64,000 bases of DNA from an uncultured Sulfurovum sp. (GTDB lineage Bacteria; Campylobacterota; Campylobacteria; Campylobacterales; Sulfurovaceae). The translations under genes and the position numbers were made by a program. Location: the NCBI GenBank assembly GCA_964527805.1, contig CAZGNT010000006.1, positions 1,540-65,539 of the forward strand, read 5' to 3'. Positions within the stretch are counted from its first letter, which is position 1, and each line of letters starts with the position of its first letter. The notes beneath the pieces are model-generated. The model searched no databases and was not told the DNA's origin. It saw only the letters and a list, made by a program, of their open reading frames with translations. Positions 30,459 to 38,740 of the stretch are shown here, piece by piece.

Positions 30459-31226
30459 ATGAAACCTTTTTTCTACGGTGCATTGATAGGAATATTAGGC
30501 GGTCTAATGGGGCTAGGAGGTGCTGAATTTCGCCTCCCTGTTCTTACGCTTTTATTTGATTTTGCGACACTCCATGCAATTGTTATCAATCTTGTTATCT
30601 CGTTTGTCACTGTTGCATTTTCACTTATTTTTAGACTAGAGGGCATGGGGTGGATCATACCTTATCTGCCAATTGTTTTCACTCTGCTTATCGGCTCACT
30701 TGCCGGGGCGTCGATCGGGGTAAGCATAGCGTCTCGTATAAATGAAAAAAAACTAGACCGGATTGTCGCGATACTGCTAGGTATCATCGCACTTGTCATA
30801 ATAGGTGAATCATTTATTGATCCGCACAATGTTGTTTGGAATCCTGCTGTACAAATGACAGTCGGCATAATCGCAGGCGTTATCATAGGAATGTTTAGCA
30901 GCATGCTCGGAGTTGCGGGGGGAGAGCTTATCATTCCGACCATTATGCTCCTCTACGGTATGGATATTAAAATCGCCGGCACCCTCTCATTGGCAGTGAG
31001 CCTGCCGACTATCTTGGTCGGATTGTACCGCTACCGCACTAAAGAGCCGTTTAAGATTTTGCGTCCAAATATGAAATTCATTCTTTGTATGGCACTCGGC
31101 TCGATACTTGGTGCAGCTATCGGCAAAATGATGATGGGCTTTGTGAGCAGCGAAGCGCTTCGAGTTATATTGGCGGTTATTTTAACCATCTCGGCTATCA
31201 AACTTTATAGAAAGGCTGTGGTATGA
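30459..31226 (+). CDS. TauE/SafE-family anion exporter-like membrane protein
   Basis: 255 aa, 7-8 TM helices; duplicated 'G(L/V)xGGE(F/L)' motifs ('MGLGGAEFRLP', 'LGVAGGELIIP'); starts 2 nt after the modC stop. Confidence 0.7.
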   Translation: MKPFFYGALIGILGGLMGLGGAEFRLPVLTLLFDFATLHAIVINLVISFVTVAFSLIFRLEGMGWIIPYLPIVFTLLIGSLAGASIGVSIASRINEKKLDRIVAILLGIIALVIIGESFIDPHNVVWNPAVQMTVGIIAGVIIGMFSSMLGVAGGELIIPTIMLLYGMDIKIAGTLSLAVSLPTILVGLYRYRTKEPFKILRPNMKFILCMALGSILGAAIGKMMMGFVSSEALRVILAVILTISAIKLYRKAVV

Positions 31227-31981
31227 TTTTTTTAAACCCTGCCGTTATACTTAAAAAAATACAGCGTGATGACTCGCTATCGAGACATATCAAATCATTT
31301 ATAGCTTCGCTGGCGATATATATGATACTTGTGGCATCCATACTCTACTTAGGCTCTACTCATACGATACCTATGCCGAAATCAGAAACAAAAATCTCTA
31401 TCTCACTAACCGAGTTTGCACCTAATGCCGGAGAAATACACCACGCGGCACAAATACAAAAAAATATTGTGAAACAGTTGATAAAACCACAATCACAAAA
31501 TAAACCTTTAAAACCGGTCGAGAAAACGACCCCTCAGAAAAAGTCATTCAAATCCCCAATGGCATATTCTGAGGGGCCTGCCCCTCTAAACACACCCGTT
31601 GCCGCGCCTTCGGCTTCACATTCTACCCCCACCCCTCATTTGAATGTTTCTTCTGAAATAAAAAACGAATTGCAAAGAGATCCCCATTCTAGCAATGAGG
31701 TCGGCGGCGCGACATTGGGCCAAATTAGGGCTATGATCGAAAATGCTATTACCTACCCTGCTATAGCCCGTAAATTGAGACTCGAAGGAGTAGTCTTGGT
31801 TTTTTTTATACTCAAGCCGGATGGCTCTGTAGAAACCGTCAAAGTTCAATCAACTAGCGGCAGCAATATTTTAGATCAAAAAGCAATCCAAACGATTCTC
31901 AGCCTCAGCGGTCAATACCCGGCACTCGGAAAGACCTTTGAATTGAGTATCCCGATCGCATTCTCATTAAAGAAATCATAA
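31223..31981 (+). CDS. tonB: TonB-family energy transducer
   Basis: N-terminal TM anchor; Pro/Lys-rich spacer 'KPQSQNKPLKPVEKTTPQKK'; C-terminal 'YPAIARKLRLEGVVLVFFILKPDGSVETVKV..SSGSNILDQKAI'. ATGA overlap with tauE. No exbB/exbD in the window. Confidence 0.82.
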   Translation: MIFLNPAVILKKIQRDDSLSRHIKSFIASLAIYMILVASILYLGSTHTIPMPKSETKISISLTEFAPNAGEIHHAAQIQKNIVKQLIKPQSQNKPLKPVEKTTPQKKSFKSPMAYSEGPAPLNTPVAAPSASHSTPTPHLNVSSEIKNELQRDPHSSNEVGGATLGQIRAMIENAITYPAIARKLRLEGVVLVFFILKPDGSVETVKVQSTSGSNILDQKAIQTILSLSGQYPALGKTFELSIPIAFSLKKS

Positions 31982-31989
31982 GGAAAAAC

Positions 31990-33012
31990 ATGAATATAAC
32001 ATTACGTATTATGCTTGCGGCATTCTTGCTGTGTTTAACGCTTGATGCTAAAACTATCATTGATACGGAAGGCAAAAAGATCACATTGCCGGACAATATC
32101 AGTAGAGTTTTTGGTGCATCTCCGCCGACAAATTACCTGATTTACGCTCTTAACCCGGACAAAATGATAGGTTTAAATTTTAAGGCCAAAAATGCCCAAA
32201 ACGGTGCTGACGGGAAATTTTTAAATAAAAAATTTCTCTCATTGCCTGTCATCGGCACATTCCATGGCGGGGGGCAGGGCATAAACCTGGAAGCCCTCAT
32301 AAAACATGAACCGGAACTTATATTGGTATGGCAAGACGACATGATGGTGCAATCCATCAAAAAAGAGCTAACAAAGATCCATACTCCTACTTTGATGATC
32401 CCGTTTCGTGAAGTCACAGACATGCCTTTAGCATTCAGACTTGCCGGAAATGCCATAGGAGAGAGCAAACGAGGAGAAATACTGGCAAAATATTCACAAA
32501 ATATTATCAATGAAGTCAAAGCAAATACTTCAAAGACAAAACCTACGAGATACTATTACGCTGAAGGCTTGGATGGGTTATCGACCGAATGTGACCAGTC
32601 GTTCCATGTTGAAGCGATTAACTTTGCAGGCGGAGTTAACGTGCACAAGTGCCGCCAAAAAGATCTTTTAGGGCTTGAAAAGATTTCTTTTGAAACTCTG
32701 CTGCAATACAACCCTGATGTTATTTTTGTACAAACTGCCGTAGTTTATAACGATATCAAAGATGACCCTATGTGGAAAAACCTAAAAGCCGTCAAAAACG
32801 GCCGTATCCATCTAGTCCCCGTGCAGCCGTTTAACTGGATAGACCGTCCACCGTCATTTATGAGAGTGCTCGGCATTCAATGGCTTGCTAAGAAAATGCA
32901 TCCGCAAACATATAAAATAAACCTAAATCATCGCACAAAAGAGTTTTATGACCTCTTTTTGCATGTCAAATTGACAGACCAACAAACCAAAAATTTACTA
33001 GGAGTTAAATAA
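31990..33012 (+). CDS. FecB/class-8 periplasmic substrate-binding protein (PBP-1)
   Basis: 340 aa; signal peptide, 'PERVFGASPP', 'PELILVW', 'YYYAEGLDGLSTEC', 'PFNWIDRPPSFMRVLGIQWL'. Clear paralogue of the ORF at 37059. Confidence 0.8.
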   Translation: MNITLRIMLAAFLLCLTLDAKTIIDTEGKKITLPDNISRVFGASPPTNYLIYALNPDKMIGLNFKAKNAQNGADGKFLNKKFLSLPVIGTFHGGGQGINLEALIKHEPELILVWQDDMMVQSIKKELTKIHTPTLMIPFREVTDMPLAFRLAGNAIGESKRGEILAKYSQNIINEVKANTSKTKPTRYYYAEGLDGLSTECDQSFHVEAINFAGGVNVHKCRQKDLLGLEKISFETLLQYNPDVIFVQTAVVYNDIKDDPMWKNLKAVKNGRIHLVPVQPFNWIDRPPSFMRVLGIQWLAKKMHPQTYKINLNHRTKEFYDLFLHVKLTDQQTKNLLGVK

Positions 33013-35252
33013 TGAAATTTTTTATACCAATGATGTCTATCGCTGCTTCGACAATACTCTATGCCAATACAGTTGAGCTTGGAGAAATCGCTGTAGTTGA
33101 TTCATTTAGCACAGGAGGCCAATTTATCAATGATTCCAATATGACTGAGAGTAAACAAAAATTTACACCTAAAAGCATAGAGGCGCTAGGCACACAAGCA
33201 AACATGAACCCTTATACGGTCATTCAGTACTCGCCGTCTGTTAACTTCACTCCGGTTGACCAAGCCGGATCGAATGAGCCGTCTTATCATGACCCTATTC
33301 GAATACGGGGCAAGTCTCAATCGGGTCCAGGCGGGGTATTTATGGTTGACGGTATGCCAATTTCTAGCAACCCTGGAGGCGGCAAAGAGATGGTAGACAT
33401 GGAAAACGTCGCTTCAATAGACCTATTTAAAGGATATATACCGACAAATAAAAATCTTGGCTTTTCCAGCTTGATAGGCAAGGTAGATATCAATCTGCTG
33501 GCTCCTAGTCAGACTTTTGACGTTATGTTTTCTCAAGGTTTTGGAAGCGATAGTTTCAAGCGCACTTTTGTACGTTTAGACTCAGGCAAGATAGGCGATA
33601 TGAGTGCATTTGGATCTTTCTCTTATTTGGCAAATGACAAAAACAAAGGCGAGGGAGATTTGGAACGAATGAACGGAATGTTAGGCCTTGACTATAAGCC
33701 TAACGATAAATTTAATGCGCAGCTTTTTGCTATTTATAATTCCGACGACCACCACAACTATTACAACCTCTCATATGACGAGACCAAAGATCTAGATACA
33801 TATTTCAAAAAAGATTTTGCAACAATTCATCCGATTGCAGACAATGATGTAAATTATTTCGACTGGAATAAACAAAACTTTGATACAACGGCGCTGATGG
33901 GTAAAGTCGAATACAAACCGACATCAAACGATACAATTACCCTAAAACCTTACTACAAAAATGACAAAGGAGACTACTGGTTTTCCAAATTCGATACCGA
34001 ACCAAAAAAACAACGTGTAATGAATTGGCGCATAGACCACGATCTTTACGGAGCAACGCTAGAATACGATCATGCTTTTTCGCAAGCGCTTAAATCCAAG
34101 ATCGGATATTGGTACCACAAACAATTACCACCTGGGCCTCCAAGCGATCAGGTAAAATATAAAGTTGTAGGCGGGCAGCTTGTTTATGACGGCTATGCTA
34201 TTTTGGCAGACAACGATTATCATATCCTGCAAGCTCCATTTGCACAACTGAGCGGCGAAATAGGCAATTTCAATTATGTAGCAGGCTTGCAGTATCAGTC
34301 ATTTAAATTGGGTTCTATTCAAAGCCACACAAACGGCAACCAAACAGGAGCGGCAAATTCTGATTATGATACTGCGATTGCAACAACTGCAGTAGATCCT
34401 TGGGCGAGCGTCGATGCAAAAACATTTCACACGCTTATTCCTTCAATGTATCTAGGGTATAAATTTGATTCGTCAACTACGGGATATATCGACTATTCGC
34501 GTACTTACGGTTTTGATGTGAATCTTTTCCCGACCTATGTGTCCGGTCGCCAAGCTTTTGTAGATAAAGGCGTAACCTTGCAGCAATTATGGGATACGCT
34601 TGACCTTGAACTCTCAGACAATATAGACATAGGCGTAAAAACAAAAATAGGTGATATTACTATAAATCCCAATCTTTTTGTCTCGTTCGTCAAAAACAAA
34701 CAGGCAAATATTTTCGATCCTGATCTAAAAGTGAACTATCCAGCCAACATAGGCGATGCCCTTGGATACGGGGCTGAAATATCAGCATACGGCGAAATCG
34801 CCGATGATTTAGATTTCTTGGTAGGATTATCTTATAACAGATTTAATTTCACACAAGATTTTACAGGCCCGGGATCCACAATCGTTGAAACGGATGGCAA
34901 TCAGCTTCCTGATGCTCCAAGATATATGGCAAAAGCAGCCGTCTCTTACCATATAGGAGACTGGACGCTTACTCCGAGCGTGCGCTATAGTTCCAGCAGA
35001 TGGGGAGATGTTGCAAATACCCAAAAAATAGACAGTTATACATTGGTAGATTTTGATATTTCATATTATATGGATAACTTTATCGGATCTAAAGACGCGA
35101 TATTTAGACTCACAGCAACAAATCTTACAGACCAAGAATATATAGCGACCATTAATGCTGCCGATAACTTTCTATCGGCATATGGAACGGCAAGTACATA
35201 CCAAACAGGTGCCCCGATCGGCGTGTACGGCAGTATTAACTTGAGATTTTAA
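33012..35252 (+). CDS. TonB-dependent receptor (TBDR-1)
   Basis: 746 aa; signal peptide, TonB-box-like 'ELGEIAVVD', plug 'IRIRGKS..GGVFMVDGMPI', long beta-barrel, C-terminal 'INLRF'. Shares 'GYW...PPGPPS' with TBDR-2. Confidence 0.85.
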   Translation: MKFFIPMMSIAASTILYANTVELGEIAVVDSFSTGGQFINDSNMTESKQKFTPKSIEALGTQANMNPYTVIQYSPSVNFTPVDQAGSNEPSYHDPIRIRGKSQSGPGGVFMVDGMPISSNPGGGKEMVDMENVASIDLFKGYIPTNKNLGFSSLIGKVDINLLAPSQTFDVMFSQGFGSDSFKRTFVRLDSGKIGDMSAFGSFSYLANDKNKGEGDLERMNGMLGLDYKPNDKFNAQLFAIYNSDDHHNYYNLSYDETKDLDTYFKKDFATIHPIADNDVNYFDWNKQNFDTTALMGKVEYKPTSNDTITLKPYYKNDKGDYWFSKFDTEPKKQRVMNWRIDHDLYGATLEYDHAFSQALKSKIGYWYHKQLPPGPPSDQVKYKVVGGQLVYDGYAILADNDYHILQAPFAQLSGEIGNFNYVAGLQYQSFKLGSIQSHTNGNQTGAANSDYDTAIATTAVDPWASVDAKTFHTLIPSMYLGYKFDSSTTGYIDYSRTYGFDVNLFPTYVSGRQAFVDKGVTLQQLWDTLDLELSDNIDIGVKTKIGDITINPNLFVSFVKNKQANIFDPDLKVNYPANIGDALGYGAEISAYGEIADDLDFLVGLSYNRFNFTQDFTGPGSTIVETDGNQLPDAPRYMAKAAVSYHIGDWTLTPSVRYSSSRWGDVANTQKIDSYTLVDFDISYYMDNFIGSKDAIFRLTATNLTDQEYIATINAADNFLSAYGTASTYQTGAPIGVYGSINLRF

Positions 35253-35260
35253 GGGACAAG

Positions 35261-36280
35261 ATGACTCAAATCAAAACAATTGCCATACTCAGTGTCGCAA
35301 TGACTGCATTAATAATGATAGCTTTAGTCTCTATTCTTTTGGGGCAGTATCCAATTGATTTTATCACTTTAATGGGGTATATCGATTTTAAACTTTTTGG
35401 CGGAAACAGCAACGATACATATACGCTGCTTGACAATATTATTTTACAAATACGCCTTCCGCGTATTTTATTAGCAATTCTCATAGGTGCATCATTGGCA
35501 TCAAGCGGGGCAGCATTTCAAGCAATGTTTGTAAACCCTTTAGTCTCTCCAGGGATTTTAGGAGTTTTAGCAGGAGCAGCATTTGGTGCAGCACTTGGAA
35601 TGCTTATCAGCGAGCAGTGGTATATTGTTCAAATATTGGCATTTATATTTGGTTTTATCGCCGTAGGTTTAGCTGTTCTAATAGGCTCCATGGTGACCAA
35701 TTCACGATCAACTATCATGCTAGTCCTTGGCGGCGTTATAAGCGGGTCCCTCTTTACTGCACTGCTATCAGTTGTAAAATACGTAGCCGATCCATACAGC
35801 ACCCTTCCTGCTATAGTATATTGGCTAATGGGAAGCCTTACTATGGCAGATCTACATGGAGTATTGCTGATTTCGATTCCTATGCTGCTTGGCATATTCG
35901 GAATGATCATGATGGGAAAATATTTTGATATTTTAAGTCTAGGAGATGAGGAAGCAAAAGCATTGGGAATCAATGTTGTCATGGTAAGGGCCGTAGCAAT
36001 CATCTTGGCAACCTTGATAAGTTCACTTTCTGTGGTAATGGCAGGAATGATAGGATGGGTAGGACTCATCATCCCGCATATCATACGTATGGCGGTCGGG
36101 CCATCACACAGATTGCTGATGCCGCTATCTGCAATTATCGGGGCGATATTTTTGCTATTGGCTGATTCTGTATCTCGTTTGGCATTCAGCGTTGAGATCC
36201 CACTTGGCATCATTACTTCGCTTATAGGAATACCTATTTTTATCATTGTACTAAAAAATGCGAGGGCAGCATGGAATTAA
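35261..36280 (+). CDS. FecCD-family ABC transporter permease
   Basis: 339 aa, about 9-10 TM helices; 'RLPRILLAILIGASLASSGAAFQAMF.NPLVSPGILGV', 'GWVGLIIPHIIR'. Confidence 0.88.
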   Translation: MTQIKTIAILSVAMTALIMIALVSILLGQYPIDFITLMGYIDFKLFGGNSNDTYTLLDNIILQIRLPRILLAILIGASLASSGAAFQAMFVNPLVSPGILGVLAGAAFGAALGMLISEQWYIVQILAFIFGFIAVGLAVLIGSMVTNSRSTIMLVLGGVISGSLFTALLSVVKYVADPYSTLPAIVYWLMGSLTMADLHGVLLISIPMLLGIFGMIMMGKYFDILSLGDEEAKALGINVVMVRAVAIILATLISSLSVVMAGMIGWVGLIIPHIIRMAVGPSHRLLMPLSAIIGAIFLLLADSVSRLAFSVEIPLGIITSLIGIPIFIIVLKNARAAWN

Positions 36281-37062
36281 ATTCAATTATTGATATCAAA
36301 GATTTACATTTTGCTTATTCTAAAAACAAGATACTTGACGGCATTGACTTCAACATCAACTCTGGTGAGGTAGTTAGCTTGCTTGGTCCAAACGGATGCG
36401 GCAAAAGTACCCTTATACGATTGATATTAAAACTTATAAATTTTAGTCATGGTGAGATATTGATCAACAATAAAACAATTCATAATTATTCACATAAAGA
36501 GATTGCAGAATACATAGCCTATATACCCCAATATCACAACGTACCATTCAATTATACAGTGCTGGAGATGGTAATGATGGGACGCATCTCAAAGCTGGGA
36601 TTTTTTGCCACTCCATCAAACAGAGATAGAGAAATTGCATATGAATCTTTAAGACATATAGGCATAGATAATCTCTCGTCACGACCTTTTGGACAGCTAA
36701 GCGGGGGGCAAAAACAGATGGTACTTTTGGCTCGCGCGCTGACGCAAGAAGTTAATACTTTTATCATGGATGAACCGGTATCAGGACTCGATTATGGCAA
36801 TCAGATCCGCTTATTAGAACTCATTTCAGAACTTAGCCATCAAGGCTATACATTCCTCAAAACGACTCATTACCCTGACCATGCCCTTCTTGTATCTAGT
36901 CGTGTTGTCATAATGAACCATGGTAAAATCATAGCTAACGGCAAACCGCATGATGTTATTACTGCGCCGATGATTCAGGATGTTTATGGAATTGGTGCAG
37001 ATCTGATAGAGCATGGTGCTCATACTCGCTGTCTGCCTATTTTTAACAAAGGGCTGCAATGA
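36271..37062 (+). CDS. ABC transporter ATP-binding protein (FecE/HmuV-like)
   Basis: Walker A 'GPNGCGKST', signature 'LSGGQKQMVLLARAL', Walker B 'FIMDEPVSGLD'. Confidence 0.88.
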   Translation: MELNSIIDIKDLHFAYSKNKILDGIDFNINSGEVVSLLGPNGCGKSTLIRLILKLINFSHGEILINNKTIHNYSHKEIAEYIAYIPQYHNVPFNYTVLEMVMMGRISKLGFFATPSNRDREIAYESLRHIGIDNLSSRPFGQLSGGQKQMVLLARALTQEVNTFIMDEPVSGLDYGNQIRLLELISELSHQGYTFLKTTHYPDHALLVSSRVVIMNHGKIIANGKPHDVITAPMIQDVYGIGADLIEHGAHTRCLPIFNKGLQ

Positions 37063-38039
37063 AATTTTTTACTATTCTTATAATTTTATTGATTATGCAT
37101 AGCAATATTTATGCCAAAACGATTACTGATGGTTATGGAAGAGTTGTAACTATACCGGACAAAGTGACTAAGATCTATGCTGCATCTCCTCCTCTAGCAA
37201 TGAGTCTCGTTGCTTTTGATCCAACTCTTATGGCAGCGCTTAATTCTCCGTTCAAGCCCGATCAAAAGCCTTATGTCGGCACTGCCGCATCCAAGCCGGT
37301 TGCGGGAGGTTTTTTCGGGCAAGGCAATACACCCAACTATGAAGTGTTGGCGGCTACCAAGCCCGATGTAATTCTCGTGTGGCAGAAAGCGCCGGGCTCA
37401 GAAGATCAACTTAAAAAATTTATGGCACTCAATATTCCTGTATTGATGATACACAATGAGTCCATCGATGACCTAGTCGATCAATTTGAGCTTTTAGGAA
37501 AAATCACCGGCAATACCAAACGTGCGCACGAGCTTATCGCTTACACAAAAGAGACATTGGGGCTCATAAGGTCCCTTCAGAGCAAAATAAGTACCCATAA
37601 AAAAGTTCGCTACTATTTTGCAGAAGGACTTGACGGAATGTCGAGCGAATGCGAAGGTTCATTTCATCTTGAGCCTTTCAAATATGCCGGTGCCAAAAAT
37701 GCTCTAAACTGCAGCATGAGCTCAAACTACGGAATGGAGAAAATGTCGCTTGAAACAGTGATGTTGGCAGATCCGGATGTGATAGTCGCTATGGAATGTG
37801 CATTTGCTTTATCTGTCAAAACAGATCCAAAATGGAAAATGCTAAGAGCAGTCAAATCCGGAAACATTATAACCGTCCCATCTGTACCGTTTAATTATAT
37901 AACCCGTCCTCCATCATTTATGAGGCTTTTGGGAATACGCTGGCTGATACATTCGTTTTATCCGGATGTTCTACAAGGCTCATTGGATGATGAGACAAAA
38001 CGATTTCAAAAACTCTTTTTCCCAAGCTTTAAACCATAG
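37059..38039 (+). CDS. FecB/class-8 periplasmic substrate-binding protein (PBP-2, paralogue of PBP-1)
   Basis: 326 aa; 'YYFAEGLDGMSSEC', 'PFNYITRPPSFMRLLGIRWL', 'PDVILVW'. ATGA overlap with the ATPase gene. Confidence 0.8.
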   Translation: MKFFTILIILLIMHSNIYAKTITDGYGRVVTIPDKVTKIYAASPPLAMSLVAFDPTLMAALNSPFKPDQKPYVGTAASKPVAGGFFGQGNTPNYEVLAATKPDVILVWQKAPGSEDQLKKFMALNIPVLMIHNESIDDLVDQFELLGKITGNTKRAHELIAYTKETLGLIRSLQSKISTHKKVRYYFAEGLDGMSSECEGSFHLEPFKYAGAKNALNCSMSSNYGMEKMSLETVMLADPDVIVAMECAFALSVKTDPKWKMLRAVKSGNIITVPSVPFNYITRPPSFMRLLGIRWLIHSFYPDVLQGSLDDETKRFQKLFFPSFKP

Positions 38040-38062
38040 TCAAAAGAGTTTATCGTGCCTAT

Positions 38063-38086
38063 CGATATATTAAAAATAGTATAACG
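38063..38086. promoter_or_regulatory. Mo-box-like 24-bp palindrome 2 (putative ModE-type operator)
   Basis: CGATATATT-AAAAAT-AGTATAACG (3 mismatches to CGnTATATA-N6-TATATAnCG). Nested inside a longer inverted repeat GCCTATCG...CGATAGGC (38057-38092). Lies 34 nt upstream of ATG 38120. Confidence 0.5.
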
Positions 38087-38119
38087 ATAGGCAAAACATT
38101 AAAAAAACAAGGAGTAAGA

Positions 38120-38740
38120 ATGAACAAACACACACAAAACAATGGTTGCCAATCATGCAAAACAACATCTTTTGCACAAGTAGCACAAACAGCACCCTTT
38201 GCTCAAAACAGCCGTAATTTTGGAGGAGAAGATATCCGCATAGTAGACTCGATGATTGATTTTATCTATCCTCCGGTTCCGTTTCCTTCCAATAAAATTT
38301 TTAAAACGATGGGCGAAGAAAAAATTCGTGAAATGGTATGGCATCATCACCGATTGCTTCTAAAAACAAAGGTGGGAGACCTTTTTCCCAGAAACGAAGA
38401 AGCTTTTAAAATGGCTGTAGATAAAAGTGCCGACTTATTTGTAGAAGCACTCGGAGGAGATCCGATATTTACCGAACAGCACGGAGGGTTTCATCTGCGA
38501 ATGCGGCATTTCAAAGTTCCGATTGATGAAAATGACCGCGAAATTTGGCTCGCTATGTATAAAAAAACGCTCAAAGATATCGATTTTCCAAAAGAACATC
38601 TAGAAGAGTTCTGGAATTGGATAGAGCCGCTTTCTATCCGCATGATAAATAGACGCACTACCATGGAAGCTGTCAAACGGCACCATTGGAGCACTGTCAA
38701 AAGAGAATTGACGGGAGCAGGAAAAGATAATGAACGCTAG
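38120..38740 (+). CDS. group II (YjbI/trHbO-like) truncated haemoglobin with ~50-aa N-terminal extension
   Basis: 206 aa. 'ALGGDPIFTEQHGGFHLRMRHFKVPIDENDREIWLAMYKKTL' matches the 2/2-globin group II pattern GGP..Y...rGHP.LR.RH..F.I....D.WL, with the proximal His in 'RMRH'. The N-terminus contains 'CQSC'. No signal peptide. AAGGAG RBS. Confidence 0.65.
   Translation: MNKHTQNNGCQSCKTTSFAQVAQTAPFAQNSRNFGGEDIRIVDSMIDFIYPPVPFPSNKIFKTMGEEKIREMVWHHHRLLLKTKVGDLFPRNEEAFKMAVDKSADLFVEALGGDPIFTEQHGGFHLRMRHFKVPIDENDREIWLAMYKKTLKDIDFPKEHLEEFWNWIEPLSIRMINRRTTMEAVKRHHWSTVKRELTGAGKDNER

Noticed and set aside
35629-36246. Long antisense ORFs: 205 aa here. Similar cases are 19442-19999 (+), 49208-49648 (-), 51123-51554 (-), 53548-53970 (+), 62863-63303 (+), 42252-42653 (-) and 3871-4275 (-).
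   Set aside because: Each lies entirely inside a well-supported gene on the opposite strand (FecCD permease, DUF318 permease, folE, nifS, psrC-like, pyrG, MT-1/LLM, cls). They have no recognisable motifs or RBS, and their composition is typical of shadow frames.
38057-38092. Inverted repeat GCCTATCG...CGATAGGC after PBP-2, considered as a rho-independent terminator.
   Set aside because: An 8-bp stem with a 20-nt loop and no U-tract makes a poor terminator. The inner sequence matches the Mo-box geometry seen at two other sites, so I interpret it as a protein-binding palindrome.
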